Shown: piece by piece, positions 1 through 10,300 of the stretch | Position numbering within the stretch: the stretch's first letter is position 1 | Layout: the number at the start of each line of letters is the position of its first letter | NCBI GenBank assembly: GCA_965248575.1 | Contig: CBDFJQ010000002.1 | Coordinates: 3,808,001 to 3,872,000, forward strand | Reading direction: 5' to 3' | Origin: Planctomycetota bacterium | Lineage (GTDB): Bacteria; Planctomycetota; B15-G4 | DNA length: 64,000 nt | Program-made: the position numbers and the translations under genes | Notes under the pieces: generated by a model | What the model was told of the DNA's origin: nothing | What the model saw: only the letters and a program-made list of their open reading frames with translations | The model's database searches: none

Positions 1-161
1 TTCCGCCCATCACCCACAGCCCACACACCGCCCAACTCGCGTTAACCTAACCCTCGCGCCGGTTGCCCGCCGCGCGGGGAAGAGAAGCTGCACGAGTGCG
101 TGGGATCCTCCGCCAAAGGCCGGTCGGCTGTTGACCGTTCTCGCTCACTCGGAGGCTCATC

Positions 162-2381
162 GTGCTCTCGCTGCTCTCGCTGCTCTTGCTTGCATCCTGC
201 ACCTTTCTCGGCCAGGTCACCGTCGACCACAACCGGGCGCCCTTCCTCGCCATGCCGTGCGAGGCCCAGCAAACCATCGAAAACCCCGAACTGATGCTGA
301 GGGACTACGGCATCCAGGACGACCACATGGGGCGTTCGCTCGCCCTGGGCGATTGGGATGGGGACGGTTACCTCGATCTGGCGGTGGGGGGCTTCCGGCG
401 CGTCAAGAATGACTCCGTCCTGGCAGAGCCCTGCTGCCCCCCGACGGTTTGCGAGGACATGGGAACCAGTCGCGTCTTCATCTTCGCCTGGGATCCGGTC
501 ATGGGGTCTTTCGACACCGATCCCATAGCGGAGTTCGTGGGCAACAACCAGCGAGATCAGTTCGGTGAATGCCTGACGTTCATGCCGGACATCGACGGGG
601 ACAACAGACCCGAGCTCCTGGTGGGCGCACCCAACTGGCCCAACAACCCCAACGTCAATGGCTCGGGCTGCACCACCGGCTATCAGCGGCGGGGGCGGGT
701 GTATCTCTTCGGGAGCGACACGACCTATAGCCCGTCGGCCTCGGCGGAGACCTGCGCGACCCTGGTGTTCCAAGGCCGCGCCCGGGGCGGTCGCTTCGGC
801 GCCGAAGTTGCCGTGGCCCCCAACTTCGACGACGACGGTCTGGCAGATCTCTTCATCGGTGCGCCGGGGAGTCTCGACAGCGCCGTGGCCTACGCGGGCG
901 AGGTGCACGTGATGTTGGGCGCGGACCTGGCCAGCTTGACCCAGGACGACGATTGCATGGGCAGCACCACGGCCATCCTCGACAACAATGCGGCCTTCTC
1001 CGCGCACCTCACCTCCGGCACGGGCCAGGACCGCTTCGGCGAGGGGCTGGCCGTGGTGGGTGACCTCGACGGTGACTTTCGGGATGAGATCGCCGTCGGC
1101 GCCACCGAATGGGTGCAGCGGGAGGTCAACAACTACGACGAGTGCGGCATGCAGATGCCAGGCAAGCCGTGCGAGGAGGAGGTGGCCAAGGGCCCCGGCT
1201 TCGCACGCCTCTACACCTACGCACTCCTACCGAGCCCCGCCGTCGTGACCTTCCTGCCGGTGGACCTGCCCACAACGATCGCAGGGTCGGCCGGGCAGTA
1301 CACACCCGGCAGCACGATCCCGGGACTCGGAGCGGGTGAGGCCTTCGGCTACGCCATCGGCGGCATGGCGGATGTCGTGGACGAGGACGGTGTTTCGGAC
1401 GTTTATGTGAGTGCACCGGGATTCACGGACGGGATGCGCACCCGCGTCGGCCGCGTGCGTGTCTACTCCGGCGCTGCCCTGGCAGCGGCCACGACGGCGC
1501 AAGAGGTCGCCGACGCCGAGCGCTACTGGGTGACGGGCGACAGGGGTCGGGGCATGTTCGGCAGTTCGGTGGCCCCTGTGGACGACTTGTTCGGCAACGA
1601 CAACTTCGCCGAGTTCGCCGTGGGTGCCTACCAGGAAGACCTCTGCGGGTTCGACGACATCGCGATGACAGGACACACCTGCCCGCCGGTCCTGTGCTCC
1701 GACCTGGGCTACACGCTGCCAGACACGACCATTGACCCGAGCCAGGGTTGGGACCAGTCCGGTTCGGTCTACGTGATCCAGACCAAGCCGGCGGACGGTG
1801 GCGGCGTGCGGGGGGACAAGCGCGTCCGCATCATAGGCGAGCACCGCAAGGACCACATGGGCTTCTCCGTGGCGGCCGGGCTGATCACGGACGACGGCGT
1901 GCCGGACCTGGTGGTGAGCGGCATGGCGTGGAACCTCAAATCCACGTCCACGTACAACATGTCGGAGCCCGGTCGCGTCTACCTGTTCCACGGCGACAAG
2001 TACCCGGTGGCGAACTCTTGGGTCGGCCTCGGGTATTCCAAGGCCGGTACAAACGGTGACCCCGTCGCCTGGGGCATCGGTGAGTTTGTTTCGGGTGGGC
2101 CCTACCGGGTGGGGCTCGAGAACGCACTCCCCAACGAGGACGCCTACATCATTGAGGGCGTGTCCCAGGCCTACACGCCCTTCTTTGGCGGAGTGCTCGT
2201 GCCGCTGTTCTATCAATGGAGCTTCGTCACGACGGACGACAACGGGAACGCCGAGTACGCGAGCTCCTATCCGGGCGTGGTAGGCCCAGGCGATGAGTTG
2301 GTCATGCAGTGGTGGTTCGTGGACCCCGCGGGCACCATGAGTACGGCGTCCACGGCTGGGATTGCGATGCAGGAGCCGTAG
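162..2381 (+). CDS. Secreted FG-GAP/integrin-alpha-like beta-propeller protein with conserved C-terminal domain
   Basis: GGAGG at 151-155 before GTG; hydrophobic N-terminus; repeated FG..GD.DGDG..DL.VGA motifs (DWDGDGYLDLAVG, DIDGDNRPELLVGAP, DDDGLADLFIGAP, DLDGDFRDEIAVGA). Confidence 0.85.
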   Translation: MLSLLSLLLLASCTFLGQVTVDHNRAPFLAMPCEAQQTIENPELMLRDYGIQDDHMGRSLALGDWDGDGYLDLAVGGFRRVKNDSVLAEPCCPPTVCEDMGTSRVFIFAWDPVMGSFDTDPIAEFVGNNQRDQFGECLTFMPDIDGDNRPELLVGAPNWPNNPNVNGSGCTTGYQRRGRVYLFGSDTTYSPSASAETCATLVFQGRARGGRFGAEVAVAPNFDDDGLADLFIGAPGSLDSAVAYAGEVHVMLGADLASLTQDDDCMGSTTAILDNNAAFSAHLTSGTGQDRFGEGLAVVGDLDGDFRDEIAVGATEWVQREVNNYDECGMQMPGKPCEEEVAKGPGFARLYTYALLPSPAVVTFLPVDLPTTIAGSAGQYTPGSTIPGLGAGEAFGYAIGGMADVVDEDGVSDVYVSAPGFTDGMRTRVGRVRVYSGAALAAATTAQEVADAERYWVTGDRGRGMFGSSVAPVDDLFGNDNFAEFAVGAYQEDLCGFDDIAMTGHTCPPVLCSDLGYTLPDTTIDPSQGWDQSGSVYVIQTKPADGGGVRGDKRVRIIGEHRKDHMGFSVAAGLITDDGVPDLVVSGMAWNLKSTSTYNMSEPGRVYLFHGDKYPVANSWVGLGYSKAGTNGDPVAWGIGEFVSGGPYRVGLENALPNEDAYIIEGVSQAYTPFFGGVLVPLFYQWSFVTTDDNGNAEYASSYPGVVGPGDELVMQWWFVDPAGTMSTASTAGIAMQEP

Positions 2382-2391
2382 GGCTTCTCGC

Positions 2392-4950
2392 TCACTCCCA
2401 GCTCTGGAACTCCGGCAAAAGATAGTCCTCAAACAACCGGTACTCCAGCTCGAAAACCGCGAGGCAGTCGTCACCCGGTTCCGGCGTGTCCATCTGGCTG
2501 CCCATGTGCACGCGGCTGAACAGCGCCGAGTCGGCGACGGCGATCACTCGCCCGGCGCCGTGCTGGGTTGTTGTCACGAGCACGCGCTCGCCTTCGCCCT
2601 CGAACACCGAAGTTCCGCCGAAGAGGGCGGGGGCGGGCACCGGCACGCGGCGTGAAAGCGGCTCCGCGTACACCCCGTCGAAGTCGAGCGCGGGAGTGTC
2701 CGCCGGGTTCGCGGTGTCGGCAGCACCCAGCGCGTTGGTCGAGCCCTGCTCTTGCATGGATCGCAGGGCGGTTTCGCGCACGTGATTGTCTTCGCGGCGA
2801 GAGCGCTCTCCGACGCCCAAGCCAAAGGGCGCCAGCAAGCGTCCGGCCGACGACTGTGGATCGCGCCAGCGATCGAGCACGAGCAGCTTTCCGCCTCCCG
2901 CGACATAGGACTCGAGCAGTGCGGGCGCGTGGGCGGGCAGGCTGGTGTCGGGATTGATGACCACCACCGCGTCGTGCTGCAGCGCCTCTTCCAGCGTGCA
3001 GGTCCTTGGGAACCAGCCGAGGCGTTGCACCCACGTGAAGAACACGTCGAAGGACGCTGCATCTGGAACGGAGTCGCTCTCGATCATGGGGGAGGGGAAC
3101 AGCGCCCCGCCCACTCCCTCCACGAAGGCCACCGTGGTGATCTCTTCGTAGGGCTGCCGGTCGGTGATGCGTGTGTCCATGAGGGAGTCGACGGCGACCG
3201 ACGCGAGGGCCAGACCTGCCAAGGCCGCGGTTGGTCCCAGCTGTGCCAGTTGCGAACCGTCCACGAGCCCGCGCCTGTACATGAGACCAAGGCCCACGGC
3301 GGAGAGCCCAGCCAAGAGCAGGCACAGGGCCGCGCCACTGTCGGCGGGGTCGTTGATGTGGTTGAGGTAGTCCACCGTGTCGATGAGCAGGTCCGGCGTG
3401 TCGCCGCGCAGGACGCTGAAGGTGGAGAAGATGGTGCTGTCGCTGAAGGCCACCACCCGGCCCGCGCCATACTCGCGGGCCGCCATCAGGACCAGCGGCC
3501 CGAAGGCATCGCCCACATCGGGAACGACGTGGCCGAAGAAGGAGTTCTGGGAGTAGTCCAGGGGGTCGGCGAAGAGCGCCTCGCCGATCAGGGGGGCGGA
3601 CCAGGCGGGCGAGACGTCGAGGCTGCAGGAGGTCATGAAGTCCAGCTGCTCCACGCGCCGTGTGATGGGGTGGGGCCAGGCCCAGTTGGGTGCCGCCGTG
3701 TGCAGGCGTCCGTCCTCCACGTTGTTCACCGCGTCGAAGCGAAACTCCAGGCCGAAGGGCTCGCCCAGCTGGTTCAGATTCCAGCCCATGCCCAGCAGGT
3801 TCGTGTGGTCGCCGATCAGGAACAGCCCGCCGCCGTGCTGAACGAAACGCTCCACGAGGGCCACGTCCTGTTCGGTGAAGGGGATGGTGGGCGTCTTGAT
3901 CACCAGCACATCGGTGTTGGCCAATTGCTCCTCGCTGAAGCGGCCGTCGGTGTGGACCGCCACCTCGAAATGTCGGGAGAGCCAATCGGTGAAGGTTGCG
4001 AAGTTGTAGACGGTCTCGCGCCCGTACTCACTGCGGTTGAGCTCGGTGTCGGAAGGAGACCAACCCACGCTGTGGGCATCGTCGATGAGCACCCGGCCTC
4101 CGCGCGCTTGGCCTGTCGTGGGCCAGTTCATCGCGGCCGAGAGAGCGGCCACCGTGCAGAGGATGAGTGCTGCAGCGCAGGCCATGGTCGCTGGGCGCGT
4201 AGCGCGGCGCGTTGGGTTCCGCCCGCTGACTCGCGCAGAGGACGACTCGATGCCTTGCTCGCCAAAGTCAGCAGACAGCAGCAAGCGGTGCATGCCGAGC
4301 AGCACCACAGGCAACCAGCTCAGCACCTGGGTCCAGGGCTCCTGTAGGTAACGAATGGCGAGGTCGTGGGAGTGGTTACCGACGGCGAGGGGGTCGTCGT
4401 GCAGCACAATCAACAGGGCCAGGACGGTGAAGCGCAGCAGGGCGTATGCGAGCAGCCAAACGCCTGCCCGCAACACGTGTCGGAACTTATCGGGCAGATT
4501 GAGAATGCGGGCAGCCACGAAGTGATTCACGAGCAACCAGCACATGGTCAACACACCGAACGCTTCCCAGCCGATGCGAATGGGCACGTGATAGGCCGCC
4601 GTCATCAGGTGCAAGAAGCCGTCGCTGGCCGCGGCTCGCAGGCCGAGCAGGTCCAACATCCAGGCGAGGACATGGGGCAGCACGGGCACGGTGGACGTGC
4701 GGGCGGCCAGTTGCAGGGCGATGGGGTCGAGCAAGAGGAACAGCGCCGCCTGGCTCCAGAGCAGCAGGCCGAGTTTGGCGAAGAGGGCGCGCCCCCCGGC
4801 ATTGCTGCGCAGCCCCCAGCCCAGGGCGAGGGCGCCGGGCAGCCACATCCACGCGAAGGAAACGCTGGAGGGCGCAGCGTCATGCCCCAGCAGGAACAAC
4901 CAGGCGAGGGAGGTCAGGCCCACACCGACCGTGAGCAGGTAGGTGTTCAA
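2392..4950 (-). CDS. Polytopic membrane protein: exosortase-like N-terminal region plus two DUF4350/GldG-like (GATase-fold) domains
   Basis: 852 aa; several TM helices; DVLVIKTP..FVQHGGGLFLIGDH and GAGRVVAFSDS motifs, with a second related set (YVAGGGKLLVLD, GAGRVIAVADS); TTG start overlaps upstream TGA stop (TTGA). Confidence 0.7.
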   Translation of the reverse strand: MNTYLLTVGVGLTSLAWLFLLGHDAAPSSVSFAWMWLPGALALGWGLRSNAGGRALFAKLGLLLWSQAALFLLLDPIALQLAARTSTVPVLPHVLAWMLDLLGLRAAASDGFLHLMTAAYHVPIRIGWEAFGVLTMCWLLVNHFVAARILNLPDKFRHVLRAGVWLLAYALLRFTVLALLIVLHDDPLAVGNHSHDLAIRYLQEPWTQVLSWLPVVLLGMHRLLLSADFGEQGIESSSARVSGRNPTRRATRPATMACAAALILCTVAALSAAMNWPTTGQARGGRVLIDDAHSVGWSPSDTELNRSEYGRETVYNFATFTDWLSRHFEVAVHTDGRFSEEQLANTDVLVIKTPTIPFTEQDVALVERFVQHGGGLFLIGDHTNLLGMGWNLNQLGEPFGLEFRFDAVNNVEDGRLHTAAPNWAWPHPITRRVEQLDFMTSCSLDVSPAWSAPLIGEALFADPLDYSQNSFFGHVVPDVGDAFGPLVLMAAREYGAGRVVAFSDSTIFSTFSVLRGDTPDLLIDTVDYLNHINDPADSGAALCLLLAGLSAVGLGLMYRRGLVDGSQLAQLGPTAALAGLALASVAVDSLMDTRITDRQPYEEITTVAFVEGVGGALFPSPMIESDSVPDAASFDVFFTWVQRLGWFPRTCTLEEALQHDAVVVINPDTSLPAHAPALLESYVAGGGKLLVLDRWRDPQSSAGRLLAPFGLGVGERSRREDNHVRETALRSMQEQGSTNALGAADTANPADTPALDFDGVYAEPLSRRVPVPAPALFGGTSVFEGEGERVLVTTTQHGAGRVIAVADSALFSRVHMGSQMDTPEPGDDCLAVFELEYRLFEDYLLPEFQSWE

Positions 4951-7346
4951 CTTTGTGCTCCTGTTCCGAGGCTGGTGACGACGTCGCGCAAGAACTGCAC
5001 GTTGGGGAGCGAGATATCCTTCAACATCTCCAGGTTCTCGGCGCTGAAGAAGCGGCTATCGGCCACGTAGAAGAAGCCGCCCTTTCCGATGCGAGCCGTG
5101 ACGCTGAGGGGGCGGCCCTGGAAGGCGCCCATCACCTGCAAGTTCTCGGGCTTGTCGAACCAGTTGCCTTGCATGCGCTCCAGGGGCCAGGCTTCGACGT
5201 ACTCCACCTCACGGCGCTGGCGGCCTTCCGGTTTCATGAGTGGGATGGGGCCGATGGGGGAGTCGCCCACCTCGAGACCCGCGCTGGCGAGCAGCGGGGC
5301 CAGGCCCTCGCGATGCGGGTAGCCGGCGGCGGCCAGCACGCGTCCGCCGGACTTCATGAAGCCCATGAGCTCTTCTGTCTCTGACTCGCTGAGCGCATCG
5401 ACCGGCGCCAGGGACACGAGCAAGTCGTGGGGGGCCATGCGTTCCACGTCAAAGGTGTCGAGCTCGCGCACCACGAAACCGAGGCGATCGAGGTTCAGCA
5501 CTAGGCCGTAGATGCAGTTCTTGCCGCCGCCGGCTGAGTCCATGCGTGGGCTGTGGGCGGTGTCCAACCAGGCGGTGGGTGCCACGCCGGTCGGGGCCGC
5601 GAGCAGCTGGGCCTGCCCCCTTTCGTACCCAGAGACCACGAGCGACAGCAGGAAGGCCGCAGCGACAAGGGGCCCGGAGCTCGCACAGGACCACGCGAGC
5701 CACAGCGTCCCGAGCAGCACACCGAGTGCAGCCATCTTGCGCAGGGCAAGGCCCCCGATCAGGGGCTCCCCTGAAAGCGCGCGGAAGAGCGGCCCGACGA
5801 AGGTGTCGTAGGTCGTGGGGAGGGAGACGTTCTGGAATCCGCTCGTGTCGCCGAAGACCACGACCCGGCCCTCGCCCGCCATGGCTTCCGCGGCCAGCAC
5901 CAGCCCGCCGCTGCGTTCGCCCTGTTGGTAGGTGTAGTCGCCCAGGTAGGCCTTGTCGGTCGCAGCCAGATTGCCCAGGTCGCCCACCGCGAAGCGGGCC
6001 GTTATGAGCGGAGTGGCCCGCTGGGACAACTCAAGGGAGGCCCCAACGCCGATGTTCAAGGCGTTGGTGGAGGATGTCGTCGCGAGCAGGGCGCTGAGGG
6101 TCCGGTCGGCACCGGCCCAACCCACGGCGTTGGGTGGTAGGGCAGAGTCGAAGCGGAAGGCGATGCCATAGGGTTGGAGCAGCTCGTTGAGGGACACCTG
6201 CAGACCGCCTGCGTTGGTGTGGTCACCCAGAACGACGAGCGAGCCGCCCTGCTCCACGAAATGGGCGCAGGCTTCCAGCTCCGTGGCTTGCCAGGTGGCA
6301 TTCGCGTTGATGACCACCAGCACGTCGACGTCGCGCAACAGCTCGTCGCTGAAGGCCGCGCTGCTGCGTTCGACCTCGAAACCGTGGGCGACCAAGTGAT
6401 GGGGCATGAGGCCGAACATGCCGAAGCGGTCACCGCTGAGGTTGTCATAGCTGGGACGGGACCAGTCGAGAATGGCGGCTTCACCTCGGTCGGCAAAGAG
6501 GACGCGCGGTGCGTCGGAAGGGAGTGCGAGCAGACTCAAGCACAACAGCAGCATGGAGAGGGTGACGCAAGCGACGGTGAGGCGTGCGCGTGGGCGTCGC
6601 GTCGAGGGTCGCTCGCTGTTGGGCGCCAGGGTCGATGATGGGATCGCCGAGAGCGTCCAACCCGCGCACGCCACGCACAGGAGATGGATGCCGCCCGGCA
6701 GCCAGTTGATGCCGCTGCGGCCGAGGGCCAGCTCGGGAGCGAAGCGCTCCAACACCCAGCTCGTGAGCAGTCCGGCACCAACGGCGAGCGTCGTCCAACC
6801 CAGGCGACGGAGGTCGCGTTCCATCACAAGGAAGCGACCCACCGCGAGACACAGCAGAAGCCCGGCCACAAAGAACCCTTGGGCACCGGCCCCCAACTGT
6901 AGTGCCTTGCGACCGAAGGCCAGGCCTTGGGCTGCATCCAGCCGCTCGGCAACAAGCGAGAGAGCGAGCTGCAGCTGCGGCATGGCGAGGTAGCTGAGCC
7001 ACAAGCAAAGGTAAAGCGCGGCGCCTGCGGCGAGACCAGACAGCAGGCCCCTTTGGCTGGGCAGCAAGCGGGGCAGGGCGCAGAGCAGCAGCAGTCCGGC
7101 GGCGTAGGCGCTGCGCAAGTCTTCTCCGTTGAGCAGGACCGCGAGGCCGAACATAACGAACAGGCCGGGCCAGCCCAGCAGCGCGCGGCGACCCGCGCGA
7201 TCGGCCCAAGCCAAGGGCCAGGCCAAGAGCACCGCCAGAGTTGCGAGCCGCAACATCGGCGTGCTGGGCAGCGGCACATTGCCGGACAGGAACTGAAAAC
7301 AGCTGGCGAGCGCGACGACGAACAGGAACGTGTGCAATCGGATCAT
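4947..7346 (-). CDS. Polytopic membrane protein with two DUF4350/GldG-like domains (paralog of the downstream gene)
   Basis: GAGGAG SD; multi-TM N-terminus; DVLVVINA..FVEQGGSLVVLGDH, GEGRVVVFGD, FMKSGGRVL, GKGGFFYVADS. Confidence 0.7.
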   Translation of the reverse strand: MIRLHTFLFVVALASCFQFLSGNVPLPSTPMLRLATLAVLLAWPLAWADRAGRRALLGWPGLFVMFGLAVLLNGEDLRSAYAAGLLLLCALPRLLPSQRGLLSGLAAGAALYLCLWLSYLAMPQLQLALSLVAERLDAAQGLAFGRKALQLGAGAQGFFVAGLLLCLAVGRFLVMERDLRRLGWTTLAVGAGLLTSWVLERFAPELALGRSGINWLPGGIHLLCVACAGWTLSAIPSSTLAPNSERPSTRRPRARLTVACVTLSMLLLCLSLLALPSDAPRVLFADRGEAAILDWSRPSYDNLSGDRFGMFGLMPHHLVAHGFEVERSSAAFSDELLRDVDVLVVINANATWQATELEACAHFVEQGGSLVVLGDHTNAGGLQVSLNELLQPYGIAFRFDSALPPNAVGWAGADRTLSALLATTSSTNALNIGVGASLELSQRATPLITARFAVGDLGNLAATDKAYLGDYTYQQGERSGGLVLAAEAMAGEGRVVVFGDTSGFQNVSLPTTYDTFVGPLFRALSGEPLIGGLALRKMAALGVLLGTLWLAWSCASSGPLVAAAFLLSLVVSGYERGQAQLLAAPTGVAPTAWLDTAHSPRMDSAGGGKNCIYGLVLNLDRLGFVVRELDTFDVERMAPHDLLVSLAPVDALSESETEELMGFMKSGGRVLAAAGYPHREGLAPLLASAGLEVGDSPIGPIPLMKPEGRQRREVEYVEAWPLERMQGNWFDKPENLQVMGAFQGRPLSVTARIGKGGFFYVADSRFFSAENLEMLKDISLPNVQFLRDVVTSLGTGAQS

Positions 7347-7385
7347 GGTCCAGCTCCTCTTCGTGTCGCGCTCGCCAACCGAAAC

Positions 7386-10300
7386 TCAGTTGTCCTGGGC
7401 GCTCGTGTGCTTGCGGCGCCGGGTGACGGAGCCGAACAACAGGGCGGCCATGGAGGCCAGGCTGAGCAGGGCGACTTGCCCCGAGCCGTCCTCCTCCAGC
7501 GGTGCACTGCGTGCCTCGAAGGGCCCGTACTCCCACGAGCTTCCCGTGGGGCCTGCCACGAGCAGGCGGTACTGGGAGCCCGCGACGGCATCGGTGTCCG
7601 TCGCGGTCTGAAGAGCGCTGCCCTCCAGCACACCTTCACCGAGGGCGACCCACTCGTTCGAACCAGGGCACAGGGTCTGCAGGGAGTAGGACGTTCCTGC
7701 TCCCCGGCTCTCGAAGGCCCAGCTCAACCTGTTCCTCTCCACACCCGGAGAGATGTCGAGGGCCAAGAGCGCGGGCTTCTCCGTGCTTAGGTCGAGCTTG
7801 CCGAAGCCGCCGGTGTGAGAACCGTTCGGTGCGCAATCGCACTCGTCGCCGTCGCACTCATCCGTCTTGCAGGAACTGGGGACATAGAAGGGGTCGTTGA
7901 GCTTCTTGCGCTTGTTGACCTTGAAGCTCTCACCAGGGTTGCCGGGGGTCACCGGTCCCGGCGCAGTCGTACCACCGCCGGGCGGGAGGGAAACCGGGTC
8001 ATCGGGGTGCTCCTGATTCTCTGGCAGGCACTTCCGACCCGTCATGACCATGCGCATGGACTTGTTGGCGGGCGTCACCGGTGGCGGACGTGTTCCGCCA
8101 CCCTTGCCTCTGGGTCCCGCGCCGCCTCCAGGTCCTGGTGCTCGCGGGCCCGTGTCGCCTGGGGCACACGTGCGGCCGAAGAGCTTGAAGCGCTTGAGCG
8201 AGTAGTTCGACGCACCGGTCTTCGGAGGGACTGGTTTGGTCTTGGGTGTTCCACCCATCAAACCTCCTCCTGGAAGCACCTCGGCCTCCAAGGGCTCGCA
8301 GAGCTTCCCGGTGACGAGCTCCGCGGGATTGAGGACATTCGCTACGCAGCTGCCTGTTGTGTCCACCCAGACATCGGGGTTGAGGATTCCTGTGAGCCCC
8401 GAAGCCCAAAGGGACTCCGCGATGTCAACAACACCTATGAGCCCGGCGGCCCCCTTGACCCATTTTCTCCAGCCTCCGCCTCCTCTGGGTCTGGGCACAC
8501 GACCAGCAGGCTTTTCCGGGGGCGGAGCGAACTGTCCTCCGGCAGCCGGCCCGCCGTCCGGGCGGCGAGCTCCGGCGGGCCACCGATACCGTTGCACCTT
8601 GTCGTCCCAGTACTGCTCAGCCAGTGAGCCGTCGGGCATGACCGGCGGCCTCGTGTCTTGCTGCCCCAGGGGGTCCTTGCGGTTGTGGGGAGAGTTCGCG
8701 ACGAAGGCGTAGGGCGACTCATTGGTGCCCTTGTCGAGAATCCGACCCACCAGCAGATGGGGCTGCATGGTGGTGTTGCCGTCGACGGACATCGGGTCGC
8801 GGGTGAGGAAGCGACCTTCGGCCGGGTCCATGTGCCGGGAGCGGAAGTAGTACTGCCCCGTAGCCCGGCTCCACGGTGTGAAGTACGAGTGCACGACGTC
8901 GATGGCCTCTTTCATGGAGGCGAATTCGTGGTCGTAGTACGTACCGGTGAACAGCCGCGGGTTGTTCCAGGCACTCGACAGGAGGTCCTGGTCGACACCG
9001 GCACTGTTCAGGAAGCGCGGAGCGCCGTAGGCATCGTAGGTGTAGCGCTCGATGACGTTGCCTGTGTCGTCCGTCAGCGCGCTGACGTTGCCGAAGGGGT
9101 CCATCAGGTAGTAGACATCGTCCAAGCTGCCGTTGGAATCCAGGTCGCGACGCATCTGGATCACATCGTCGAGCATGTCCCCTTGCACGTACTGGGCGAC
9201 CAGGGAGCCGAGGCCGGTGCGCTCTTCGACGACTTCGTCCCGGTCGTACAGATAACGAGTGGTGACGAGTTGGCTCTTGGTGTTGGTGAATTCCTTGCGA
9301 ATGCGACGGTCGTAGGCGTCGTAGCCGAAGCGCAGGAAGGTCTGGCTGTTGTCGTTGCGCTTCACCTCGATCAGGCGATCGAAACCGTCGTAGATATAGG
9401 TGAACCAACGGTCGCCGGTGCGGTTGCCTGCGGAGTCGTGTTGCAGCGCTTCACCGGCGATGGAGTCGTAGGCCCAAGTGAGCCCGGTGCCGAACGCATG
9501 GCTGAGACCATTGACGGTCATTGAGAGCCAGGTGGAATCCTGGTCGATGTCGTACTCTTGGACTCTGTCGGCTTGGAAGCCGTCATCGTCGCGCTCGAAA
9601 CGCCGCAGGCGATCGAGGCTGTCGTACTCCATGGCATCGGACAGGGTGGAGGCGCCGACGCCGGGGGGCGAGTAGAGCTCCCGGGCTTCGGCGACACGCT
9701 GCTCATTGACGTCGTAGGCCTCCTCGTAGCGGTCAATCATCAGCCCGCCGGGGTCCAGGTGGAAGGCGTTGCGGCGGTTGCCGTCGGGGCTGTAACCCGT
9801 CACGTCGCTGGTGGACGGCAGGGGTTGCTCGAGGCTCAGGCTGACATTGTTGCCAAGGGTCCGGTGGGCCAGGCGGCCCACACCGAAGTAGTCAGACTGG
9901 GCGACGGGTTGCAGGCCATCGAAAATGGACTCGAGGCGATCCAGCTCGTCATAGCCCCGGGTGAGGTGGCGCCCGTTGGGGTACCAGAGGCCGACCCGGT
10001 TGCTGTGGGCGTCGTACTCGGTGGTGACGGTGTAGCCATCCTGTGTTTCGACCAGCATCCGGCCCAGGGAATCCCAGCTCCGGGTGACGACCGAATCGGG
10101 CAGCGGGCCGTTGTCGTCGACCATCCGCGTCTCTTGGTTGAGGCCGCTATACTCATAGTGAGTCCCCGAGCTGCCTGGCAAGCTCAGTTGGTTCAACTCG
10201 GAGGACACGACACGGCTGTCCCCGTCGCGGCTGAGGGTCATGCCCCCGTGCAAGTTGAACAGCGCGTCGTAATCGCGCTGTTCAAGAATGCTGCCGTCGC

